The notes: generated by a model from the letters alone, not told the origin. A stretch of DNA of 64,000 nucleotides from Octopus sinensis (GCF_006345805.1 NC_043021.1:6944001-7008000), one strand, 5' to 3'; positions 12,650 through 24,525 are shown, counted from the stretch's first letter. Translations and numbers: made by a program.

Positions 12650-13222
12650 AGATCAGGCGAACTTCGAGTTTTGTAATTAATTATTAAAGGGTCGCAGAAC
12701 GAAAAATAAAAAAAAAAGTAGGCGGAAGTGCGAAAAAGTGAAATTAAGTGTCGAGCGAAAAGCAATTGATTTGGGCGAAGTGCAGAACTGTATCAGATTT
12801 TAAATTACAATGTATAGAGACAAACCTAGGATCGAAATGTTTATTGATCGAAGACTCGATGCATCGGTTTCATGATCTATAAATCTAATTGTAAAAAACA
12901 ACAAAGTAAAGACCCACAAATAAACAGAACGATTATGTCTTTCGCTTGAAAGAAGAAATGGATGTAGACAGGAGAAAAAAAATTACCAAAGAAGAAGTAA
13001 AGTTGATAGTTGATGGAATACTGAATACATTTTCAGGGAAATTTTAATTAAAACAAAAACTGAAACATTCACGAAATTAAAAGAAAGTTGAAAATGTGAA
13101 AAAAGATTAAAATGTGGAAATAGAATTAAAGGAAAGATAACTCATTTGGTCCACGTATGAGTGTGTGCGTGTATGTATGTGTGTGTGTGTATGTATGTGT
13201 GTGTGTCGAGAATTGCGTGCAA

Positions 13223-13270
<48 letters not shown>

Positions 13271-13425
13271 ACTTATATTGCAGTATGAGTTAGAAATGGT
13301 GTAAAGAAACGTATCAAAAAGCTTTATATATGACAGACTGCAGTTCCGCACGTTATATTATTTACCTGTGTGTCGTTCTGGCAGGCAGAGCTATTCTTCA
13401 ACCTTTGGTCAAATAGACACACACA

Positions 13426-13463
<38 letters not shown>

Positions 13464-14330
13464 GCGTGATGATGTTTAACGTTGAGTCTTTCAAAGGTTT
13501 TTCACTTGTTTACGTAAACGAACGAAGATGAAAGCAAAAATACGAATTCGTCAAAACATATTTTTTCCCCCGTTCCCACCATCAACCGTTTTAATGTTGG
13601 AGCGAAGAGTGGGAATAGTAAGAGAGAGAGAGAGAGGTGAAGTAGAGGGAGTTTAAACATAGAGAAAGGAGTGAATGAGCGTGAGTGAGTGAATGAGTGA
13701 GATAGAAAAAGAGGGAGTGGAGCTAGTAGTGAAAGTGATTGGTTTTTGAAAGATGGATTATGGAAAAAAGTGGAGTGTGAGAGAGATGGAAGGGATAAAG
13801 CGAAGGGGGAAAAAAATCGGAGAGAGAAGTAGGATAAAAGAATGAAAAGAAAATGAAAAAAAACCCACAGAAGCAGAGCATGCAGCAAGAGGGAGGGATG
13901 AAGGAGAAAAGAACGAGGTACTACAAGCGAACCGTGGTCCCGGTGCGCGTACTTGCACGTCCTCGCTTAGCTAGTTGTAAAGTAGTCGATCCTACAATTT
14001 CTAAAACTAAGTAAATAAATTATTTTTATAAACAAACTAGGGTTAGGGTTAGGTTTAGGGTTAAAAAGTCGTTGTAGGATCGACTACTTACGACTAGCTA
14101 GCGCAGATGCGCGAGTGCGCACACCGGGACCACTGTTCGCTAGTAGTACCAAAGAACGATAACTATCACACGGTTTTATTTGTTTCTCAGATATGACTTG
14201 TCTTTCTATAAGACGAGAAGGAATTAAATTCGTAGTGCAGTCCTTGTCCGAGGCGTCCAATTTCGCATAGCACTTCCGCCAGTTGTTATTTTTTTTTTTT
14301 TTTGCGTGTGCAAAAGTACGATTAATGTGT
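12650..14330. promoter_or_regulatory. Candidate CpG-retaining promoter / 5' non-coding exon region for AP4S1
   Basis: Locally CpG-rich, mostly unique sequence; oppositely oriented ETS-type motifs GGCGGAAGTG (12721) and CACTTCCGCC (14271); minus-strand donor CAG|GTAAAT at 13366/13365. No transcript evidence. Confidence 0.3.
13917..14150. mobile_element. Mutator-like MITE with internal TTAGGG repeats
   Basis: ~80-bp imperfect TIRs starting GGTACTAC; perfect 9-bp TSD AAAGAACGA (13908-16 and 14151-59); TAGGGTTAGGGTTAGGTTTAGGGTT at about 14038-14062. Confidence 0.8.
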
Positions 14331-15379
14331 GTGTTTTTTGAAATGCTTAATTAAGTATCACAACTTCTCTCGTTTCTTTTATTTTTCCTACACCACCCAC
14401 ATAATAAATTTTCTGAAGTTTCGTGTCTATATAAGGAGATACAAAAGTTAGTGGAGTGGAAGAATAAAATAGTGTCAGTGTTGAGTTACGGCCCTTCACA
14501 TTTTGAGTTCAAATACTTTTGGTTTTCAGCCTTGCAGGATGGGGGAAAATATTGCGCGAGTCAAGCAGTGTGAGGTCGATTTAATCGATCATACACCCTA
14601 CCCACAAAATTTGCAGCGATCTACTAATGTTTGAAATCTATAGATGTTAATTTAATGATTAACTTTTTTTTAGTCTTATACATCCCATGGGATGGGTTAT
14701 AATACAAATTACGAATTTGATCAAGCATACTCAGAGATATCAGGGAACTCTTTGATCCGGGTACAATGCACCCGCCCTCTTGTAGGTCTTGCACGATAGC
14801 AGTATCACATTTTTTTTCTCAACCTTAGTACTTCATTTAATTCTTCTCTCACCACCATGATAAAAAAAAACAACGGTGACATTATTTAAATAGTTATTTA
14901 TATATGTGTGTGTAAACTTGTGGACGCGTGCACACACGCACTAACACATTTGATCTAACACGCTATCGTAAAGATGACATTTGGAAGATGACTAGAGCTT
15001 ATATATAGTGGTTATTCAATGTATATTTTTTTCATGGGAGATAGAAGGCAAATAGCAAAATATCTTTTATTCCACCTCTATATTGGTTCTTAATATATAT
15101 GAAGGCGGAATATTAAACTTTACACCACATTACCTGAAAAATCATGTTTGGGCAAAAACTAATAGTTGTAATGTAAAAACAGAATATTTCCTTATTAATT
15201 ATGAGTAGATCTATATACATATGTACATACATACATACTTAATACAGACAACATATACTCAATATAAAAAAGGAGAATGTACACTATTTTATACTGAGAA
15301 TATGTCTATTGACTTTTTATACATGCAAGGCCACTGGTAGTGAAATTTCTAAAAAAAACTCACTACCCTATATTTAGTA

Positions 15380-15697
15380 TCGCATCGACTGGCCTCCGTG
15401 CTGTGGGCACGTAACAAACAACATCCGAGCGTGGCCGTTCGCCAGCCTCGTCTGGCACCTGTGTCGGTGGCACATAAAAACACCATCCGAGCGTGGCCGT
15501 CTGCCAGCCTCGTCTGGCACCTGTGTCGGTGGCACATAAAATCACCCACTACACTCTCGGAGTGGTTGGCGTTAGGAAGGGCATCCAGCTGTAGAAACAC
15601 TGCCAGATCTGACTTCGAGCTTGCCAGACCCCAGTTGAACCGTCCAACCCATGCTAGCATGGAAAGCGGACGTTAAACGATGATGATGATGATGATG
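15380..15697 (+). mobile_element. RTE-tail short element
   Basis: Ends GGACGTTAAACGATGATGATG; internal tandem units. Confidence 0.8.
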
Positions 15698-15863
15698 AAT
15701 ATAGGTAATTAGGATAAATCCCAGCTATTTCCTCTTGAAGCACATCTTATTCAATTATTACAATCCAATATGTGGTGACAGTTGCTGCTTTATATTAGTT
15801 AAAATTACATACTAAAACTGAGAATTATGGAAATATTATTTGAAGAGTTATTGTATAACTATA

Positions 15864-16204
15864 CAGGGAAAGTGGAAATTTTTTGGTATTTGTTCTTCTC
15901 TATTACATATCTTTCATTTGCTAATAGGAATTTAAAAGTTTTACATATTAGATAGCAACATATGTGTTTGCTTGTATATCTCTCTTTCTCTTTCCTTTAC
16001 CTGGATTATTTGCATTGCTCGTGATTGCTATAAACACTGCATCCAAATGTAAAATTTATATCATAATTTTTTTCTCTGTCTGAAAAATGTTTAATAGGAA
16101 ATTCCTTATATATCTATCTAACATGTAAAACTTTGGAATTCCTATTAGTAAATGATATATGTGTAATGGAGAATAAATAATACCAAAATATTTCCACTTT
16201 CCTG
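15864..16204. repeat. Diverged inverted repeat, ~91-bp arms with a ~158-bp spacer
   Basis: 15864-15955 is complementary to 16114-16204 with scattered mismatches. Confidence 0.85.
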
Positions 16205-16235
16205 TTTTGTGATATATATATATATATATATATAT

Positions 16236-16625
16236 GTAGGAGTGGCTGTGTGGTAAGTAGCTTGCTTACCAACCACATGGTTCTGTGTTCAGTCCCACTG
16301 CGTGGCACCTTGGGCAAGTGTCTTCTACTATGGCCTAAGGCCGACCAAAGCTTTGTGAGTGGATTTGGTAGACAGAAACTGAAAGAAGCCCATCGTATAT
16401 ATGTATGTGTGTGTATATGTTTCTGTGTCTGTGTTTGACCCCCGCCCCAACATCGCCTGACAACCGATGCCGGTGTGTTTACGTCCCCATAAATTAGCGG
16501 TTCGGCAAAAGTGACCGATAGAATAAGTACTAGGCTCACAAAGAATAAGTCCTGAGGTAGATTTGCACTACTTAAGGCGGTGCTCCAGCATGGCCATAGT
16601 CACATGACTGAAACAAGTAAAAGAG
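16236..16625 (+). mobile_element. SINE family A copy
   Basis: Colinear with 17478-17860. Confidence 0.9.
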
Positions 16626-16629
16626 CAGT

Positions 16630-17420
16630 GAGAATATTCTACAATCACCAAAGTCGCAATTCACTGGAATGTTGCCCACATGATCAATGAATCTGACCAA
16701 TTGCGACTTCACCTGGAAGAAATATTACCCATGTGATCAACAAATCTGGCCAATCACATGTAGAATAGGCTTCAGCGACCAATATCAACTTTTGGCACCT
16801 TCCTTTCTAAACCTCTCAATCGATATAAAATGACACACGCATGCAACACCAAGCAGAGATATTTGCAATGTACGAAGACAATACATATTTCTTTATTACC
16901 CACAAGGGGCTACAAAGACAATACAGCAGACAGATTTCCAGTGACAGTAACACAGAGCTGAATTTCAACACAATGAGCTATCCACTGCAAGACAATGACC
17001 AGCAGCAACTTTGCAAATACTATTATAATAGCATCCAAATTCTCTCACTGTTTATTGTAATACTATTTCAATGACATCCAAACTCTCCCAAAATTTGTCC
17101 TAATATTATGACAATAACATTCAAATTCACTCAGCAAGATACAAAATTACAACAGATTTTGTCATTTTCTTCTATGTACAACTGTTGACTCCCAGTGCTA
17201 GAAATAACAGCCAGCTCGCAACATCAGCAGTCATATCCAACTTCTAGTAGTTATCAAATCAGCTCAAGTACAACTGATATCAACATGTTTAGCGACCGAA
17301 AAAACAAAGGAAGGGCATTGGAAAACCAATTATAGCAACGATTCCATCAATTCCTAGGGATATCTGAAGAAGGAATTTTATTCCGAAATATTTCAGACTA
17401 TGAAAGATTAAATTACAACA
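16630..17420 (+). mobile_element. Degenerate Penelope-like element fragment ending in a decayed hammerhead motif
   Basis: A/C-rich decayed coding-like sequence followed by CTGAAGA-A-GGAAT-TTT-ATTCC-GAAATAT at 17364-17391. No intact ORF. Confidence 0.4.
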
Positions 17421-17477
17421 GTTATTATAGTGCATTGTTGTGTCATTCAAAATATTTTATTCTTTATATGTATATAA

Positions 17478-17860
17478 GGCGCAGGAGTGGCTGTGTGGTA
17501 AGTAGCTTGCTAACCAACCACATGGTTCCGGGTTCAGTCCCACTGCGTGGCATCTTGGGCAAGTGTCTTCTGCTATAGCACCGGGCCGACCAATGCCTTG
17601 TGAGTGGATTTGGTAGACAGAAACTGAAAGAAGCCTGTCGTATATATATGTATGTGTGTGTGTTTGTCTCCCTAACATTGCTTGACAACCGATGCTGGTG
17701 TTTACGTCCCCGTCACTTAGCGGTTCGGCGAAAGGGACCGATAGAATAAGTACTTGGCTTATAAAGAATAAGTCCCGGGGTCGATTTGCTTGACTAAAGG
17801 CGGTGCTCCAGCATGGCCGCAGTCAAATGACTGAACCAAGTAAAAGAAGAGTAAAAGAGT
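17478..17860 (+). mobile_element. tRNA-derived SINE family A, full-length copy
   Basis: A-box TGGCTGTGTGG, B-box GGTTCAGTCCC, central (TG)n and an AAAGAGT tail. Other copies at about 1428-1660, 2801-3195(-), 8230-8400(-), 8822-9180, 16236-16625, 24540-24690(-), 29810-30065(-), 44945-45295, 55830-56220, 58845-59233, 63080-63472. Confidence 0.9.
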
Positions 17861-17865
17861 ATATG

Positions 17866-17902
<37 letters not shown>

Positions 17903-18879
17903 ATGTATGTATGTGTGTGTGTGTGTGTATGTAAATAGTTGTGACCCCTTTCGGTCATGAATGACCATGGGATTGCACCTAGAAAGTTACCCTCTGAGGC
18001 ACAAGTCCGGGCAAGGTTGTTTATGGAAGACCAGCAGTCGCCCATGCATACCAGGCTTCCCTTTCTATGCCACCAATGTTATCTAAGGGAAAGGCAAAGG
18101 CCGATACAGCTTGGCACCAGTGATGTCACAGCTCATTTATTAACATACAAGTGACTGAACACTCCACAGACACATGTACCCTTAACAGGAAGATTCAGCA
18201 TGACACAAAGTGTGACAAGGCTGGCCCTTTGAAATACAGGTACAACAGAAACAGGAAGAAAGAGTGAGAGAAAGCTGTGGCGAAAGAGTCAGCAGAAGTT
18301 CACCATTACCTTCTGCTGGAGCCATGTGGAGCTTAGGTGTTTTCGCTCATAAACACACACATCACCCGGTCTGAGATTCGAATCCACGATCCATCGACCA
18401 CGAGTTCGCTGCGCTAACCACTAGGCCATGTGCTTTCACTAGAAAGTTGTGGTGAAAGAGTACAGCAGGGTTCACAACCAACCCCTGCCAGAGCTTCTGC
18501 CTAACCACTGGGCCATTGCACCTCCACATATATATAAATATACACATATATATGAATGAGAGGACAAGTAAAAGAAGGGCACTCAACACATTTATTGGGG
18601 GCTACATGTATGGATCAAAACAGTTTGATTCAAATTCATTGGTACTCATCATTATTATCATTATCATTTCGCATCTGTTGTCCATTTTGTTTTCATGGAC
18701 CCTTAAAATACTACTGTAGGTCCCAAATTTACTATTTTGCTTGTGTAGACCCCCAAAAATCTTATATGGATCCCCAGATGCCATATAGACCCTGGTTGAG
18801 AACCACTAGCTTGAATAAAGTTAACCACCAATCATTGTAGTCTTTTGTCATCTCCCCATGGGGCTCAACAGTCACATGT

Positions 18880-19070
18880 TACTACTTCATTACACATCTA
18901 CATGTTTCATCCACATTTTGCAATGGGCACTTCCTTATGTGCTGTCCTCATCCATGTGCATCACATGACCACACCAGTACAGTCTTCTCTCTTACACACT
19001 ACATCAGATGTCTCTTATGCCTAATTTTTCTTTCAGTACACTTGCACTTTGTCATACAAGCACACTGACA
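18880..19070 (-). mobile_element. RTE LINE fragment
   Basis: Minus strand VLKEKLGIRDI*CSV*ERRLYWCGHVMHMDEDS, matching RRLRWYGHVMR. Confidence 0.7.
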
Positions 19071-19219
19071 TATGACTGTTTGTGTGTATATTCATACCCC
19101 CCCACACACACACACACACTCTCTCTCTCTCCTGTGTGAGCCTTCTGTCCGGCATTCGCCACGATAGATCGCTAGCCACTACACATTCTTTATTTTCTCT
19201 CCTTGTTTCTTCTGTGTTC

Positions 19220-19255
19220 CTTTCTGTCGAAGAGCGGAGGCTCGAAACGTTAAAG
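19220..19255 (+). ncRNA. Minimal hammerhead-like motif (core variant) in a Penelope-like terminal repeat
   Basis: CTTT-CTGTCGA-A-GAGC-GGAG-GCTC-GAA-ACGT-T-AAAG. Host repeat spans about 19140-19345; decayed sister copies at about 21900-22065 (-) and 55380-55525 (+). Confidence 0.5.
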
Positions 19256-19507
19256 ACTTTTTCACTTCCCGAGCGTTATACTAATACATCTGTTTGTTGT
19301 CTACACTACCTGTCTTCATCTTTTATTTTTTTGTGACTTCCCCCTGTCTATATATATATATACATACATACATATGTACACACACACACATTCACACTCA
19401 CACACATACATAAACATATACTACAATAGTCTATATCATATCTGAATGCGATATTATATAATTTATTATTACTCATACGTACACATGCCTACGTATTCAT
19501 ACATGTA

Positions 19508-19889
19508 CTAGCAGTATCGCCCGGCGTTGCTCAGATTTGTAAGGGAAATAACTATAAAGCATTTTTAGAGAGTTATAGCCAAAAAATAGCAAAAAAAATG
19601 GAAAAAATGATGGTAAATTTTTTTTTAGTTAAAAAAGGTGGAGTTGCGTCCCCTAGACAGTTTGCGGTTTGTGTTTCTGATTGTCGACCCCATGTCGAAT
19701 TTAGCGATCTTTTTCAGAACTGGGGGAACTTTTCAAAATTTTCGCTGCGTTAGTTTTGAATTATGACATTGGGCTATGTGTGTGTCAAGTTTCATCAGAA
19801 TCGGTTGAAAGCCGTGGTCGGGGTGAGGGTACAAGCAAACAGACACACAGAAACACGCACAGACAAACTGCCGTTTATATATAGAGAGA
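19508..19889 (-). mobile_element. Non-autonomous Helitron sharing its 3' end with 1883-2276
   Basis: 5' TC, 3' hairpin plus CTAG, A|T insertion site. The 3'-terminal ~60 bp are nearly identical to the first copy; the 5' half differs. Confidence 0.75.
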
Positions 19890-20945
19890 TACTTATGTGT
19901 GAACGCATGTGTGTGTATGTGTGCAAATCATTTTTTGCTTCTGTTCATATACTTATTTTATAACACACACACACACATATTGACTTGTGGATGGAACAAA
20001 CATAATGAAGTGACATGTGACTACTAAAGACTTCTTTCAGTCAAAGTAACTCAAGCTTAACATAATCTGAAGAATTTATGTATTAGAATATTTTGATGAA
20101 AGCATCTGTAACAGACCATAACAGGTTGTCAGTGTGAGTTACAGAAGGACAACGGCACAGCATTTTCTTTCTTCTATTTATAGCTTTTTTTAAAATTATT
20201 TTTTTATTTTCTTTTATGTTAATAAAGTCAGTACACTTGGAAAAAAACAACATACTTTGTATATTTGTTATGTTTGTTATGCATACACCAGCAGTAGTAG
20301 TAGTAGTTATTGTTTAATACTAGGTCAAACTCGGTCAAACAGATCTATGATCCAACTGTGAACATCCCATCTATTCTTTATGCCCAGTAAAATCATGACC
20401 ACATTACCCAATGTCTTTTTCTATAACTGTAGAGTGTGACTTGAGATAGATTTGGTTGCTATTTCTAACAGTCAACCAACTACTTCTGGTACTTCAAGTA
20501 TCGTTGGCTTGAAATACCAACAGTTGTAATATAAAGTAGAAAAAGAAAACAACGGTCCTATATGGGAGTCATGATATGCTAGAAATAGAAGTCAAAACTC
20601 CTTGAAAACCCACTGAAATTCAGGCACCAAATGGTCAAGTGTTGCTATTGTTGTTAAACCCTAAGTATAAATAAACCAATGTGAGAGCTTCAACATGCTA
20701 GAAATAGCAGTAAAAAGCCATGAAATCAAACCAAAAATACAGGTGCCAGAGGATCAAGTGTTGTTATTGTTTTTGTTTAATCCACAAGTGAAATATGATC
20801 TTTGGATGTGGAGTTTCACAGCAGTAGTGACAAGTGACCAAGTCTGTTGGTGATTTGCTGTGCTTGAGAAGGCATGTCAAGCTTAGTGAAATCGTAATTG
20901 TGACTAGTGCTGATGCCATGTTAAAGGCACATTATTTACATTAGT

Positions 20946-21083
20946 TACATTAGACAGATATGCATCCTCATCTTTGTTGTTACCACAATGTTTCGGCTGA
21001 TTTACTATCCAGCCTTCATCAGGTGTCCTGGTAGAATTTTGAACTCAATCCTGGGTTCTCATTCCTAAGGAATTTTTTGCTGA

Positions 21084-21126
<43 letters not shown>

Positions 21127-21191
21127 TATTGAAGGCACTGCCTGGAATTGAGCTTGGAATCTTGGGGTTAGTAACCCATGCTCTTAACCAT
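20946..21191 (-). mobile_element. tRNA-derived SINE with (AAT)n linker and hammerhead-bearing tail
   Basis: Head matches the copy at 24390-24525 (A-box TGGTGGAGTGG at 24395, B-box GTTCGATTCC at 24440); followed by (AAT)n and a tail containing the hammerhead motif. Confidence 0.6.
20984..21025 (-). ncRNA. Minimal hammerhead motif at the 3' end of a tRNA-headed SINE
   Basis: Minus strand reads CAC-CTGATGA-A-GGCTG-gatagtaaat-CAGCC-GAA-ACAT-T-GTG; ACAT is one CpG transition away from ACGT. Confidence 0.6.
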
Positions 21192-22061
21192 TTCATAGTG
21201 GTTAAGAGCACAAGCTACTAACCCCAAGTTTGAATCTTTAGTGCCTGAATTTCAGTGTGTTTTCAAGGAGTTTTGACTGCTACTTCTAGCAAATTGTATT
21301 GTTCTAAGAAGCCATTGTGATGTGAAATTTGAAGTTAAATAGCTGCAATTGGGAACTGAAACTGGATAGTTAGCACAACTTTCTCTGAGAGATTAACTTT
21401 GTTCTGCTGAAAGTTCTTTTGTTCAGCTCTAAGCTAACAGACCCATGATCAAAGGCATTCCACCCATGACCATCACTTTTTATTTCAGATATAGTTTGTC
21501 TTAGACTGTTATCTGATATGCACCTACCCAACATTTTTTTTTTTTATTTAAGGACAATAGTGTGATTTGGCTACTATTCCTAGCAGGTCATGTTACTGCT
21601 TAGTGGATTCACCATTGGTCTCTATGCTACTAAACTATCAGTTGTTCCTCTTCATAAAACAAATGTGTTAGTGACTGAGTATTCCAACAGACATGTGTAT
21701 CCCTAGCATAACTCCCAGGCCAAATTAGTGTGATACAATGCAACACAGAGAAGGACCTTTAAAATACAGGTTGAATCCAGAGACAGAGAGAAGGAGCAAC
21801 TCCCTAGTACTGATTGGGACTTCAATTATTGATCCCCAAAAGAGGCGAAAGGCAATTTGAAGTCATAAGTATATATTAATATATATATATATATATATAA
21901 GATGAAGACAGATGTGTAAACAGCAAACAGGTGTATTAGTTTAACGCTCAGGAAGGTGAGTAGTATTTTATGTTTCGAATCTACACTCTTCAACAGAAAG
22001 GAACACGAGAAAATAAACAGAGAGAGAATAAAAAAAGAAAGCTTTAGTAGCTAGTGGTCAA

Positions 22062-22106
<45 letters not shown>

Positions 22107-22342
22107 TATATTCGTGTGTGTGTGTGAGAGTTTGTGTGTGCCCTTGTTTTGATACCATATGATGATTGTAAATGAGCATTGTTTGCTTCCAGTCTGCCAT
22201 GAAAATCTTGCCTGGCCATCAGGGAAACACTATCTTGCTAGGAAACAAGCAAAGGTTGGCAACAAGAAGGGCGTTCAACCATGGAAATATATGCCTCAAC
22301 AAATTCCGTATGAGTTGTGCAGGCACAGAAAGTGAACACTAG

Positions 22343-22606
22343 AAGATGATGATGATGATGATGATGATGATGGTAATGATGATGACAATGATGATGATAT
22401 CAATGATAATGATGTCAATGACACTGATAATGATAATGATGATGACAACAATGACAATGATGATGATGATGATGATAATGGTGATGATGATGATGATGAT
22501 GACAGTAATGAAGATGACGACAATGATGATGATGTTGATAATGATGATGATTATGGCAGTGATGATAATGGTGATGATGATGATGATGATGATGACTATA
22601 AAGACA

Positions 22607-22637
<31 letters not shown>

Positions 22638-22772
22638 CAGTAATGAAGACGACGACAATAATGATCACAATGATGATGATGATGATGACATGATGATGAT
22701 GACAATGATGATGACATTGACAACAATGATATTGATGGTGTTGATGCCGACGCCGCTGCCGCTGATGATGAT
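22343..22772. repeat. (GAT)n degenerate microsatellite
   Basis: Visible directly in the sequence. Confidence 0.95.
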
Positions 22773-23019
22773 CGCACGCACACACACACACATACACACA
22801 ATGCTGTATGGTGTAGGATACGATAGTGTTATGTAATGTAGTTAGACTGCACTATTAAAGAGCACTATAGCATCATGTGATATAATATTGTGTAGAGCTT
22901 TGTAGGGGAGTCGTGTAGTGAAATATAGAACAGTGTATTACAGATTAGACACAGTGTAATGTATTGTTTTGCAATGTATAGTAATCTAATGTAAGGTTGT
23001 GCAATCTAGTGTAGAGTAG

Positions 23020-23320
23020 TGCTGCTGACAGTGTTGCTGGTGTTGATGCTGCTGACGCTGATGATGCTGACTGCTGCTGTTGCTGCTGCTGTTCCTATTG
23101 TTGCTACTATTGTTGTTGCTGTTGTTATTGTCATAGTTGTAGGTCAACTGTTGTCATTGTGGTTGCTGCTGATGCAGCCGTTGTTGCGGCTGCTGCTGAA
23201 GCTGAAGCTGATGTTGTTGTTGTTGTTGTTGTTGTTGTTACTGCTGCTGCATCTGTTGCTGTCATTACTGTTGCTACTGCTGCTACCGTTGCTGCTGCTG
23301 CTGCTGCTATTGTTGCTGTG
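23020..23320. repeat. (CTG/TTG)n degenerate microsatellite
   Basis: Visible directly in the sequence. Confidence 0.9.
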
Positions 23321-23384
23321 TAAACGAAGTCCCCACATCATCAGTGATTCTCTACTGCTTTTTGCCAGTAGACCCTTTCGATTT

Positions 23385-23976
23385 CTATTTCTTTACTACC
23401 CACAAGGGGCTAAACACAGAGGGGGAAAACAAGGACAGACAAACGGATTAAGTCGATTATATCGACCCCAGTGCGTAACTGGTACTTAATTTATCGACCC
23501 CGAAAGGATGAAAGGCAAAGTGGAACTCGGCGGAATTTAAACTCAGAACGTAACGGCAGGCGAAATACCTATTTCTTTATTACCCACAAGGGGCTAAACA
23601 CAAAGGGGAAAAACAAGGACAGACAAACAGATTAAGTCGATTATAGCGATCCAAGTGCATAACTGGTACTTATTTAATCGACCCCGAAAGGATGAAAGGC
23701 AAAGTCGACCTCGGCAAAATTTGAACTCAGAACGTAACGGCAGACGAAATACCTATTTCTTTACTACCCACAAGGGGCTAAACACAAAGGGGAAAAACAA
23801 GGACAGACAAACAGATTAAGTCGATTATAGCGATCCAAGTGCATAACTGGTACTTATTTAATCGACCCCGAAAGGATGAAAGGCAAAGTCGACCTCGGCG
23901 GATTTTGAACTCAGAAAGTAGCGGCAGACGAAATACCACTAAGCATTTTGCCCAGTGTTCTAACGATTCTGCCAGC
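23385..23976 (-). mobile_element. Tandem trimer of SINE family B (184-bp period)
   Basis: Units start at 23385, 23569 and 23753. Confidence 0.9.
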
Positions 23977-23977
23977 A

Positions 23978-24380
23978 ATGTAATGCATGTGAATAAGGAC
24001 AGTTGCATCAAGTTGGATCTCTAATTGTAGGGGGAACATGTGGAAGGGGTAGGCTAAGGAAGACATGGAACAAAGTGGTGAGAAAGGATCTACAAACGTT
24101 GGGACTCACAGAGGGGATGACAGGGGATGGAGACTCCTGGCTGTTTGCTGGGTTTGAAAAGACACGTCAAGCTACGTAAAAGCATGGTTGCCCTTGCATA
24201 CAGGCTCATCCCAGGCAACCCTCTGCAGCTGAGCATCCCTAATCTTGCAGGCTCATAAGTGCTGGGGCCATGTAAAAAGCACCCAGACTGGTGCTTGTAA
24301 AAACACCCAGTACACTCTGTAAAGTGGTTGGCATTAGGAAGAAAATCAGGCCATAGAAACCATGCCAAAACAGACATGGA
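23978..24380 (+). mobile_element. RTE LINE ORF end plus 3'UTR
   Basis: VMHVNKDSCIK / IVGGTCGRGRLRKTWNKVVRKDLQTLGLTEGMTGD..W; followed by the same tail carried by the many short RTE-tail copies in this window. Confidence 0.75.
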
Positions 24381-24458
24381 ACCTGAAAAGCATATGGTGG
24401 AGTGGTTAAGAGTGCAGGCTATTAACCCCAAGATTCCAAGTTCGATTCCAGGCAGTGA

Positions 24459-24525
<67 letters not shown>

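Noticed and set aside
14038-14062. True telomere or chromosome-fusion scar
   Set aside because: Only about four units, enclosed within a TSD-flanked MITE.
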